A DNA stretch of 64,000 nucleotides from TPA_inf: Saccharomyces (lineage: Eukaryota): positions 576,001 to 640,000 of the forward strand of contig BK006938.2 in the NCBI GenBank assembly GCA_000146045.2, written 5' to 3'. Numbering within the stretch: position 1 is the stretch's first letter; each line of letters begins with the position of its first letter. The notes under the pieces were generated by a model that did no database searches, was not told the DNA's origin, and worked only from the letters and a program-made list of their open reading frames with translations. Positions 1 through 8,938 of this stretch are shown here, one piece after another. Both the position numbers and the translations under genes were made by a program.

Positions 1-473
1 CTCCTTTTCTCTACGACAAATTCCCAAAAAAAAAATTTATGCTATGTTAATACCTGCACAATTCAACCGTGCTGAAACGTAAAATTAAGGTGATTATACG
101 GATAGTATACGATATTATCAATCTCATAAGAAAAATCTCTTTTGAATTTAACGGAGGGATTATTCATTAGAAAGCGTTCTTACCATTCACTAGGAGCGAA
201 TCCGTGGAAGGTGTTTTAACGTTGCCACGAAAAACAGCTCTACATCGAAATAAAAGACAACAATCAGTGCCCGTAAGTTTCATTACTATTTTCTATTATT
301 ATCTGCAACTTTTTATTAGTTAGGTTTTTTTTGTTTGTTTGTTTGTTTTCAATTGATTAATTTACAAGACAAAGAACCTTATATTTCGTGTTTTTCATTC
401 TAAAGGAAAAAAAGCATAAAGAAGATTCCACACACTTTATTGTGATAGTTTTCAAAGTAAAAAGTAATAGATT

Positions 474-2159
474 ATGAGTACTCCTGCAAACTATACCCGT
501 GTGCCCCTGTGCGAACCAGAGGAGCTGCCAGACGACATACAAAAAGAAAATGAATATGGTACACTAGATTCTCCGGGGCATTTGTATCAAGTCAAGTCAC
601 GTCATGGGAAGCCACTACCTGAGCCCGTTGTCGACACCCCTCCTTATTACATTTCTTTGTTAACATATCTAAATTATTTGATTCTGATTATATTAGGTCA
701 TGTTCACGACTTCTTAGGTATGACCTTCCAAAAAAACAAACATCTGGATCTTTTAGAGCATGATGGGTTAGCACCTTGGTTTTCAAATTTCGAGAGTTTT
801 TATGTCAGGAGAATTAAAATGAGAATTGATGATTGCTTTTCTAGACCAACTACTGGTGTTCCTGGTAGATTTATTCGTTGTATTGATAGAATTTCTCATA
901 ATATAAATGAGTATTTTACCTACTCAGGCGCAGTGTATCCATGCATGAACTTATCATCATATAACTATTTAGGCTTCGCACAAAGTAAGGGTCAATGTAC
1001 CGATGCCGCCTTGGAATCTGTCGATAAATATTCTATTCAATCTGGTGGTCCAAGAGCTCAAATCGGTACCACAGATTTGCACATTAAAGCAGAGAAATTA
1101 GTTGCTAGATTTATCGGTAAGGAGGATGCCCTCGTTTTTTCGATGGGTTATGGTACAAATGCAAACTTGTTCAACGCTTTCCTCGATAAAAAGTGTTTAG
1201 TTATCTCTGACGAATTGAACCACACCTCTATTAGAACAGGTGTTAGGCTTTCTGGTGCTGCTGTGCGAACTTTCAAGCATGGTGATATGGTGGGTTTAGA
1301 AAAGCTTATCAGAGAACAGATAGTACTTGGTCAACCAAAAACAAATCGTCCATGGAAGAAAATTTTAATTTGCGCAGAAGGGTTGTTTTCCATGGAAGGT
1401 ACTTTGTGTAACTTGCCAAAATTGGTTGAATTGAAGAAGAAATATAAATGTTACTTGTTTATCGATGAAGCCCATTCTATAGGCGCTATGGGCCCAACTG
1501 GTCGCGGTGTTTGTGAAATATTTGGCGTTGATCCCAAGGACGTCGACATTCTAATGGGTACTTTCACTAAGTCGTTTGGTGCTGCTGGTGGTTACATTGC
1601 TGCTGATCAATGGATTATCGATAGACTGAGGTTGGATTTAACCACTGTGAGTTATAGTGAGTCAATGCCGGCTCCTGTTTTAGCTCAAACTATTTCCTCA
1701 TTACAAACCATTAGTGGTGAAATATGTCCCGGACAAGGTACTGAAAGATTGCAACGTATAGCCTTTAATTCCCGTTATCTACGTTTAGCTTTGCAAAGGT
1801 TAGGATTTATTGTCTACGGTGTGGCTGACTCACCAGTTATTCCCTTACTACTGTATTGTCCCTCAAAGATGCCCGCATTTTCGAGAATGATGTTACAAAG
1901 ACGGATTGCTGTTGTTGTTGTTGCTTATCCTGCTACTCCGCTGATCGAATCAAGAGTAAGATTCTGTATGTCTGCATCTTTAACAAAGGAAGATATCGAT
2001 TATTTACTGCGTCATGTTAGTGAAGTTGGTGACAAATTGAATTTGAAATCAAATTCCGGCAAATCCAGTTACGACGGTAAACGTCAAAGATGGGACATCG
2101 AGGAAGTTATCAGGAGAACACCTGAAGATTGTAAGGACGACAAGTATTTTGTTAATTGA
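474..2159 (+). CDS. LCB2: Serine palmitoyltransferase subunit (class II PLP-dependent alpha-oxoamine synthase family)
   Basis: 561-aa ORF starting at an ATG. Carries the PLP-lysine motif GTFTKSFGAAGGY typical of the SPT/AOS family. I recognise the sequence as yeast Lcb2 (YDR062W). Confidence 0.95.
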   Translation: MSTPANYTRVPLCEPEELPDDIQKENEYGTLDSPGHLYQVKSRHGKPLPEPVVDTPPYYISLLTYLNYLILIILGHVHDFLGMTFQKNKHLDLLEHDGLAPWFSNFESFYVRRIKMRIDDCFSRPTTGVPGRFIRCIDRISHNINEYFTYSGAVYPCMNLSSYNYLGFAQSKGQCTDAALESVDKYSIQSGGPRAQIGTTDLHIKAEKLVARFIGKEDALVFSMGYGTNANLFNAFLDKKCLVISDELNHTSIRTGVRLSGAAVRTFKHGDMVGLEKLIREQIVLGQPKTNRPWKKILICAEGLFSMEGTLCNLPKLVELKKKYKCYLFIDEAHSIGAMGPTGRGVCEIFGVDPKDVDILMGTFTKSFGAAGGYIAADQWIIDRLRLDLTTVSYSESMPAPVLAQTISSLQTISGEICPGQGTERLQRIAFNSRYLRLALQRLGFIVYGVADSPVIPLLLYCPSKMPAFSRMMLQRRIAVVVVAYPATPLIESRVRFCMSASLTKEDIDYLLRHVSEVGDKLNLKSNSGKSSYDGKRQRWDIEEVIRRTPEDCKDDKYFVN

Positions 2160-2662
2160 ATTTTACCTAATTGCTAGTTAGGTGAAAAATTACAAAATTT
2201 CTGGAAGACGTTGGAAACACGCAACGTCTTTTTGACATAAACTTAAAACTGCCAAAAGTCAAACAAAAATTGCAAAAAAAGTAAAAAAAGTTACGAAAAA
2301 AAAAACATTTAAAAGAAAGAAGAAGTTAAAAGTGCACGCAATATGTTCCAGGATATGAAATGAAATACCTTTTGTTTCACCTTTTAAATAATTTAATGTT
2401 ATATATACAACTTTATCGTATCATATTCGCAATTACATTATACAAGAATGAGTTTTTTTTTTTCGCGGACAAAAGAAGAACATGTCAACGCCAACCCCCT
2501 AGGTGATTTTGTTAGACAAAAGCGAATTAGGATCAGGGTCTGTTAAACTTTAAATGGATTATCAATTCTTTTGTTCACTGATTTTGAATTTATCAGCTAC
2601 CATTGATTTAAACCCATTATTTAGTTTTGCAATTGCGTCCTCAAAGCATCGAGCAAACAATC

Positions 2663-3112
2663 ATGTCGAACCTCTACAAAATTGGAACTGAAACTAGAAA
2701 TAAAATCAAGAAGTTTCGTACATCTACAGCAAGAACCGACTCCATAAAAGCTTTATCAATAAAGATCGAACCAAAACCGTCCTATGAGATAATTGTCGAT
2801 GAAGACGAACAAGAAGAGCTAGACGAAATTGAAGATTTGAGCGAATTAGCCGAGATCCTACCTGATAACTCACCTAGATTTGTACTAACTGCATATCCAA
2901 CAACAACAAAAGATGGGTTCAAACAGACTCCCTTAGTTCTAGTATATTGGAAGCCAATGACGGTCGTTTCACAGGAATGGAAGATGCTTTATGCCGGCGC
3001 ATTAGAAATGATCAGAGAGGAGTGCGGTACTTTTAAATTGATAGAGGTTTCTTCAGGTTTGGAGGATGACTCAGACGTTGAAGAATTGAGGGAGCAATTA
3101 GAAAATTGTTAG
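2663..3112 (+). CDS. AIM7: Glia-maturation-factor-like ADF-H protein (Arp2/3 debranching), 149 aa
   Basis: The tracked ORF 2627..3112 begins upstream of the ATG. I trimmed it to the ATG at 2663 (MSNLYKIG...), giving 149 aa, which matches YDR063W. Acidic central stretch. Confidence 0.85.
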   Translation: MSNLYKIGTETRNKIKKFRTSTARTDSIKALSIKIEPKPSYEIIVDEDEQEELDEIEDLSELAEILPDNSPRFVLTAYPTTTKDGFKQTPLVLVYWKPMTVVSQEWKMLYAGALEMIREECGTFKLIEVSSGLEDDSDVEELREQLENC

Positions 3113-3204
3113 TATAGTCTATCTTAAACACTAAACTACCTCCTATAATCATGTAGTGTACTTTAAACATTTTTTTATCTTCATAGCAATAATATAAGCC
3201 TTTT

Positions 3205-3218
3205 ACCACCCATAAACC
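3205..3218 (+). promoter_or_regulatory. Rap1-like site upstream of RPS13 (ACCACCCATAAACC, weak match to ACACCCAYACAYY)
   Basis: 8-nt core CACCCATA is identical to the Rap1 consensus core, about 250 bp upstream of the RPS13 ATG. Ribosomal protein gene promoters normally carry Rap1 sites. This is only a partial consensus match. Confidence 0.25.
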
Positions 3219-3457
3219 ATAAAGTAGACCCAAACATTTTTAAAAAAATTTTACGTTATAATTTTTTCTTTGTCGTTTTTTCTGAGCGCGCAAAGTAGCG
3301 GTGAAATTTTGATACGAATGAGATTTCCACTTCTGTACAGATGGAAATTTATGTTGGCCGACATATATCACAGTCGTGATTGAATTAACAATTTCTTTCT
3401 CATTAATATTTATTCTAAACGGTTAACCACTAAATCAATCAACAACAATCAGTCAAA

Positions 3458-4452
3458 ATGGGTCGTATGCACAGTGCCGTATGTTTATTAACACCATAGC
3501 GAGATATTAATGCAAAAGTTGCATTGAATAGTTCGCTAAATCAGATGACACTCTAATGTGGAATTCAAAAGTGGATTTCTAATATAATTTGTCTCTGTCG
3601 GATCACAATTCTATTACAAGTTCCGGTGTGTACACAGGTATAGTTTATACTGGAGAGTAGTTTCTACTCGCTGTACATTAGCTGGGTGATTCCAATTTCT
3701 TTTACAAATATGTTGCATTAGTTTAACAGGTTATACTATCTGCCGTTTCTCAGTATAATTTACGCCGGAAAATTACTGATGGCTAGCCGCCTTTATGAAT
3801 TAGTTTTCACAAAGCTCATAACATAACACGTTAACCTATCGGAGGAGAACCAAGATTGAAGAATCACCCGGAATAGTTATACTTTAATGGAATTGTATGG
3901 TCTGAACGAGGAAATATGTCATGATACACTTTTCTTCAAGCCATATGAATCTTCATGTTACTAACATTCGATAAATTTTTTGGAATATCCAATTCCACTA
4001 AATATTACTTTAAACAGGGTAAAGGTATTTCTTCTTCTGCTATTCCATACTCTAGAAATGCTCCAGCTTGGTTCAAGTTGTCCTCTGAATCTGTCATTGA
4101 ACAAATTGTCAAGTACGCGAGAAAGGGTTTGACTCCATCTCAAATTGGTGTCTTGTTGAGAGATGCTCACGGTGTTACCCAAGCTCGTGTTATCACTGGT
4201 AACAAGATCATGAGAATCTTGAAGTCCAATGGTTTGGCTCCAGAAATCCCAGAAGATTTGTACTACTTGATTAAGAAGGCTGTCTCTGTTAGAAAGCACT
4301 TGGAAAGAAACAGAAAGGACAAAGACGCTAAGTTCAGATTGATTTTGATCGAATCTAGAATTCACAGATTGGCCAGATACTACAGAACTGTTGCTGTCTT
4401 ACCACCAAACTGGAAGTACGAATCCGCCACTGCCTCCGCTTTGGTCAACTAG
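3458..4452 (+). CDS. RPS13: Ribosomal protein S13 (uS15), spliced: exon1 3458..3478 (MGRMHSA) plus exon2 4018..4452; 151 aa
   Basis: ATG at 3458 followed by 7 codons, then the GTATGT 5' splice site at 3479. TACTAAC branch point at 3959..3965. 3' splice site AG at 4016..4017. Exon 2 continues [19 protein letters not shown]... and matches yeast Rps13 (YDR064W). The tracked ORF 3955..4452 starts inside the intron. Confidence 0.92.
3479..4017 (+). other. RPS13 spliceosomal intron (539 nt)
   Basis: GTATGT at 3479, TACTAAC at 3959..3965, and cag|G acceptor ending at 4017. Confidence 0.9.
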
Positions 4453-4686
4453 AGTGTTTAAATCATTTATTTCATTATTTTATATGTATATTTTGTATAA
4501 CTAAAATTGATTTTTTAAACATCTCTTTATAAACGATAAGTTGCATTTTATTTTATTTCACTATTGCTAATTTTTGTGTCCGTTTCTAACTTCAAAGCTG
4601 CTCCCAGCCTTTCCTAAGGTTTTCAGTTACCAAGTCTGCCTGAGAAAGCAACAGATTAACACTTTTGTAATGAACAAGTAGAAAAT

Positions 4687-5784
4687 ATGGCTCAAAATTT
4701 TGGAAAGATTCCTTCTCACAAGTCTTACGTATTGAGCTTATATCGGACCGTTCTCAGAAACATTCCAAAGTGTTGCCACTCATATGCGTTTCAATATGAA
4801 ATAAAAAAAACACTTTCAATACAATTGTTCAAACACAAGCATGACAAGTCAAGTTGGAGTGTTTATACTTTACTCAATGAATTCAGTTTGTTGAACAATT
4901 GCCTTTTGGAAGGTAAATTACAAGAAATCAAAAACTTAATGAAGCCATTAAAAAAGATGAAAAAACAACTGAAAACAACGAAAATCCTCAACTCTTTGAC
5001 TTCATTAGGGGATGTAAAGACCAACGACCCAGAAGAAGTAAGAAGATTTCATGTTCTAAGTGCTTACATTAAGCGAAAACAAGATTTGGGCCTTTTACCT
5101 GCATACATACCAAAAACGTATCAGCACAAACTCCTATTACCATTAGCATTGAACGAACATGCGTGCCTGAAACTATTTCATATTCAGCAAAAATTGAAAA
5201 ATGGCCCACCTTCTGCTGGGCTGTCATATACAAAAGAAGGAAGGAATCAAATATGGTTTGTTCGGTCACCAATTAACAAGGGCAGACAACAATCGAAAAA
5301 GCTGGGAATATTGATACGAAAAGAAAGGAAGGATTCTCAGAAAAATATCGATAATCTCAATTTTTGCGAAATTAATGCTGCTTGGGCATTACATGAGGCC
5401 ATTTGGGAGGAATATCTAGAGTCGAAAAAGATTATTAAAGTAAACTTACCGAAATACTTGGAATACGCTGCAAATATCCCAAAGTCTACTAAATGTAATC
5501 CTTCGAGTCAATATCAGAAAGTTAAAGAATGGGTAGATCCCGTGAGAGAAATAATGTTCGAATTACATTCCAAAAGTTTTCAAAGAGTGGAGTACTTTAA
5601 CAAATATAAGGAAAAGCTTTTAAAGAACGGTGGCCAACTAGCATATTTTGATAAAAAGTCAAAAGAAATGTACGCCAAACGGTTGACACTATTCAGAAAA
5701 ATGAGCAAAGAAACATTACCATATGTGACACTCTTTATAGAAGGGAGGGACTTGCCAAGTGTTTTGGCGAAATACGGTTTTTAA
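4687..5784 (+). CDS. RRG1: Mitochondrial protein required for respiratory growth, 365 aa
   Basis: 365-aa ORF with an ATG start. Position and length match YDR065W between RPS13 and RTR2. Lys-rich protein with no strong enzymatic motifs. Confidence 0.8.
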   Translation: MAQNFGKIPSHKSYVLSLYRTVLRNIPKCCHSYAFQYEIKKTLSIQLFKHKHDKSSWSVYTLLNEFSLLNNCLLEGKLQEIKNLMKPLKKMKKQLKTTKILNSLTSLGDVKTNDPEEVRRFHVLSAYIKRKQDLGLLPAYIPKTYQHKLLLPLALNEHACLKLFHIQQKLKNGPPSAGLSYTKEGRNQIWFVRSPINKGRQQSKKLGILIRKERKDSQKNIDNLNFCEINAAWALHEAIWEEYLESKKIIKVNLPKYLEYAANIPKSTKCNPSSQYQKVKEWVDPVREIMFELHSKSFQRVEYFNKYKEKLLKNGGQLAYFDKKSKEMYAKRLTLFRKMSKETLPYVTLFIEGRDLPSVLAKYGF

Positions 5785-5907
5785 GTGCAAAAGTTGCGTG
5801 AATCAGAAAGTTTAATAGAAAATTTACTGGTTACTTCCATTTCTATGTAAATAGTCACTCGTATGACCGCGATAAGGATCCTGATGAAGACGATTTAATT
5901 ATACTTC

Positions 5908-6498
5908 CTATTCTATACAGGTTTCCTCATCAGTAGTCAACTGTCCAAAGTACACATCCAATGGTAAAGGCTCATTCTTGTAGGTATCATCAAACTCAAG
6001 ATCCTTGAAACTCGTTATCAGCGATTTGACGGTATCTATAGGTACCTCACTTCCAACTAATTCTTCTAAAAGGCTTACCGAGTACATATCATCAAACTCT
6101 AGATTAATGTAACTAGTTAAATGCACGCCTCGCCTTTCATGCAGAGGCGTTTGTGATAACTGTCTCATTAAATACAACGAACATTTACTGTGATAATTAT
6201 TACAATACATTGAGTGGATAAAGAAGCCATCAGATGAATTTTCTGCCGCACTCTTATAGCATAGCGGGTACCCACATATTTTCTTTCCCCTTCTTGCATT
6301 AATAACATCCATATAAGACATCGGTGAAAGTAGCCGTGCTAAGTATTTTAATGTCTGCTCATTTTCGCAAAATGATTCTGTGAGCATTGAAACTATGGCA
6401 GATTCAATCATTCGGGCTTCCACTATAGATAATTGCTCATGTAATTGGTGTGATCCTAAAATTACTTTTTGAATGAACGTAGTGGTTATTATCTGCAT
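5908..6498 (-). CDS. RTR2: Rtr1/RPAP2-family putative RNAPII CTD phosphatase paralog, 196 aa
   Basis: 196-aa ORF with an ATG start. Cys/His-rich Rtr1-type zinc-finger region (CGYPLCY...C..YH). Matches YDR066C. Confidence 0.8.
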   Translation of the reverse strand: MQIITTTFIQKVILGSHQLHEQLSIVEARMIESAIVSMLTESFCENEQTLKYLARLLSPMSYMDVINARRGKKICGYPLCYKSAAENSSDGFFIHSMYCNNYHSKCSLYLMRQLSQTPLHERRGVHLTSYINLEFDDMYSVSLLEELVGSEVPIDTVKSLITSFKDLEFDDTYKNEPLPLDVYFGQLTTDEETCIE

Positions 6499-6790
6499 TA
6501 TGGCTTGCGTTGCTCCTGTCCTTCTAGTATAAAAATAAACCTATCACTTTTCTTAAATATGCTGCAATTTTTCCAGAATGCCTCCTTGCTGTTGATAAAT
6601 GGCTTCCAATCTTCGCCAATACTAGAATGTGACCGGCTCGTCTCTTTTGTAAAGTCGATGTAATTTTCGTTGGACTTTTCAATGGCATTTGATATTGAAA
6701 AAAATGATTATCAATGCTGGAGGGCCCGGCTAAGACTTAACCCTGAAGCTTCTGTCTTTACAAAATATTATATGAATTTATCCCTGAATT

Positions 6791-7465
6791 TTACATACTA
6801 TGAAATTTTAGTTTTGGCAAAGAATTTGACACGCTACTTACTCTTGCAACTTTTTCAGACGCATTAGCATCATCAACACGCAACTCATCTTTTGATTCTG
6901 TGGCTGTCCTTGCAATATATCGCACGGTAATCCAGGGAACTTTATCCTTTATATCCAGATCGTCAACTTCGATTTCAGAGTTAAAGTTTTCAATGAAATT
7001 TCTTTCATGAATATTGATGCTGGAATTATACACCAAAAACTCATTTAGTATGGATACCGTACTCCAATATGAAAACTTTCTCATACATGCTACTACGAGA
7101 GATATTATCAATTCACCATTCGTACAGTGCATATAACAGGGGTAATGCCCTTTATCAATCAGAAATTTAACGCATCGTACTACAACATCGTATTCAATAG
7201 GAACTGTTTTCTTTTTCCTTTTAATCTTGGGTTTGGTCTTGTCTGCCTTTCTTTCACTTTGACATTTTATATGAATTGTCTTAATGTTATTTTCTTCACA
7301 AAACTTTACCATTAGAGGATCAGTGCTCAAAGGTTCTGGTGTCAAAGATAATATGTATTTCAATCTAAGGGTTCTCAGGAATGGGAGATTGATTTCTCGT
7401 GGGTAAGATCCTCTATATAAATTTGGCTGTACAGTCGAAAATTGTAACGGAGTCACTAGTGTCAT
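6791..7465 (-). CDS. OCA6: Oca/Siw14-family tyrosine-phosphatase-like protein, 224 aa
   Basis: 224-aa ORF. PTP-like HCTNG segment and the Oca-family N-terminus (PLQFSTVQPNLYRGSYP). Matches YDR067C. Confidence 0.85.
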   Translation of the reverse strand: MTLVTPLQFSTVQPNLYRGSYPREINLPFLRTLRLKYILSLTPEPLSTDPLMVKFCEENNIKTIHIKCQSERKADKTKPKIKRKKKTVPIEYDVVVRCVKFLIDKGHYPCYMHCTNGELIISLVVACMRKFSYWSTVSILNEFLVYNSSINIHERNFIENFNSEIEVDDLDIKDKVPWITVRYIARTATESKDELRVDDANASEKVARVSSVSNSLPKLKFHSM

Positions 7466-7712
7466 TTTGATACATATAGCTTATTCTAGATGTGTGAACT
7501 GGGTATTCATAGCAATTGTGAACCCATAGTTTATATTGGTACTCCTTTCCTTCTTAACAGAGTCTCTTTTTTTCTTTCGCATTTTTTTTGGCCTTACATC
7601 AAATAGCGGTGATTAATGATAAAAAGCACTTAGCAGAAGTCATGCAACAAAAAAAGAACACAACATAAGGGTACAGCTAGTGAGCTCCATTGCTTCGACG
7701 TTTTAGGATAAA

Positions 7713-8645
7713 ATGGAATTCTTTTATGAAGAACAAGTAGCTTGTATCGAAGATGATAAAATAAGCAACTCTCATACCAAGGAAACTGGATCAACAGAAA
7801 ACACTGAAAATAACGAACTTCAGAGCCGAGATGACAAAACAAATGAGGCCTTCCAAAAGTTAGAAGAGGAAGTCAATAAACGATATGAAAAGACTACAAG
7901 TGCATTCAAAAAGTTAGTAATCGAGAAAGATGACGGAATTGAAATTAACTTGCCAATTAGCAATGAAACTACAGAGACTGCACAAAAGTATTTGAAGAAA
8001 CTAGACGAGAATATTCACAGCGTGGAAAGTCTAGCCCAGTCATATTGGAGCAAAATGAAAACTAAGAATTTTTGGTCTGGCTTCAGTAGCTTCGATAATG
8101 CTGCAGAAAATGACTCTAATGACAAGGATGAGAATTCGAAAGAAAATGAAATTGCTGTGGGTGGAAATAGAACAGAAGCCGAACTAAGGACATTATCTAA
8201 AGATAAATCGGTTTATTTAGACAATAAAATGGATTTGCAACTGGACCCGTTTGACGTGGATGAAAAAACTGAGGAGATATGTTCTATTTTACAGGGCGAC
8301 AAAGATATCTCCAAATTAATGAACGACATCGTACCCCATAAAATCAGCTATAAAGATTTCTGGCACATCTATTTCTTACAAAGAAACAAAATTCTAGATA
8401 AAGAAAGTAAAAGGAAAGAAATATTGTCCAAAAAGGAAAAGGAAACGGAGGAAAAAGAAGTTGAGTGGGATGACGAAGAAGAAGAAGAAGATGATGACAA
8501 AGTAGAAGCAGTAGCTGACAACAAATCTAAAGGGGAGACGAAAGTTGCTGTGTCTCAAGAGGGATTGAAAGATGTTAGTGACCATGTTGGCCTCGCCAAC
8601 AAGGATGAGAGCAAGGACGACGACGACGATGATGACTGGGAATGA
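7713..8645 (+). CDS. DOS2: BSD-domain protein with a highly acidic C-terminus, 310 aa
   Basis: 310-aa ORF. BSD-like FW motif (YKDFWHIYF) and an E/D-rich tail. Matches YDR068W. Confidence 0.85.
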   Translation: MEFFYEEQVACIEDDKISNSHTKETGSTENTENNELQSRDDKTNEAFQKLEEEVNKRYEKTTSAFKKLVIEKDDGIEINLPISNETTETAQKYLKKLDENIHSVESLAQSYWSKMKTKNFWSGFSSFDNAAENDSNDKDENSKENEIAVGGNRTEAELRTLSKDKSVYLDNKMDLQLDPFDVDEKTEEICSILQGDKDISKLMNDIVPHKISYKDFWHIYFLQRNKILDKESKRKEILSKKEKETEEKEVEWDDEEEEEDDDKVEAVADNKSKGETKVAVSQEGLKDVSDHVGLANKDESKDDDDDDDWE

Positions 8646-8938
8646 GTGATTTTTTTCATATAAAAGATATATGTAATGCTATAAATATTTACATACTTTT
8701 CATGACGTATTATGGTAGAAAGGAAAATCATCAATCCAAGAGATGCACAGGAGGAAGACAAAATCTGGGCGTGATCTCATCTTTACACCTTCTAAAAAAA
8801 AGTTCGTTTGTTACCGTTAAAATAAATCATTTGTATTTAGGGTTTTTTACTTTGACCTTAGATGGAAATAATGATATGCCATGTTGAACGGGAAAAAAAG
8901 TGTATAGACAACGGTTTTCAGTTATTTATTCAAATGAA

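Noticed and set aside
3961-4365. Long ORFs antisense to genes: 3961..4365(-) against RPS13; 9207..9512(+) against DOA4; 13984..14436(+) against IPT1; 24732..25259(-) against SED1; 38775..39371(+) and 38367..38705(+) against AFR1; 40874..41194(+) against SSS1; 46546..47163(-) against VTC5; 62386..62988(-) against GIS1; 16353..16639(-) against SNF11
   Set aside because: Each lies entirely within a well-supported gene on the opposite strand. Their composition is low-complexity or repeat-driven (poly-S, poly-L, dipeptide repeats) and they have no recognisable domains. They are the typical by-product of codon-biased or repetitive sense strands.
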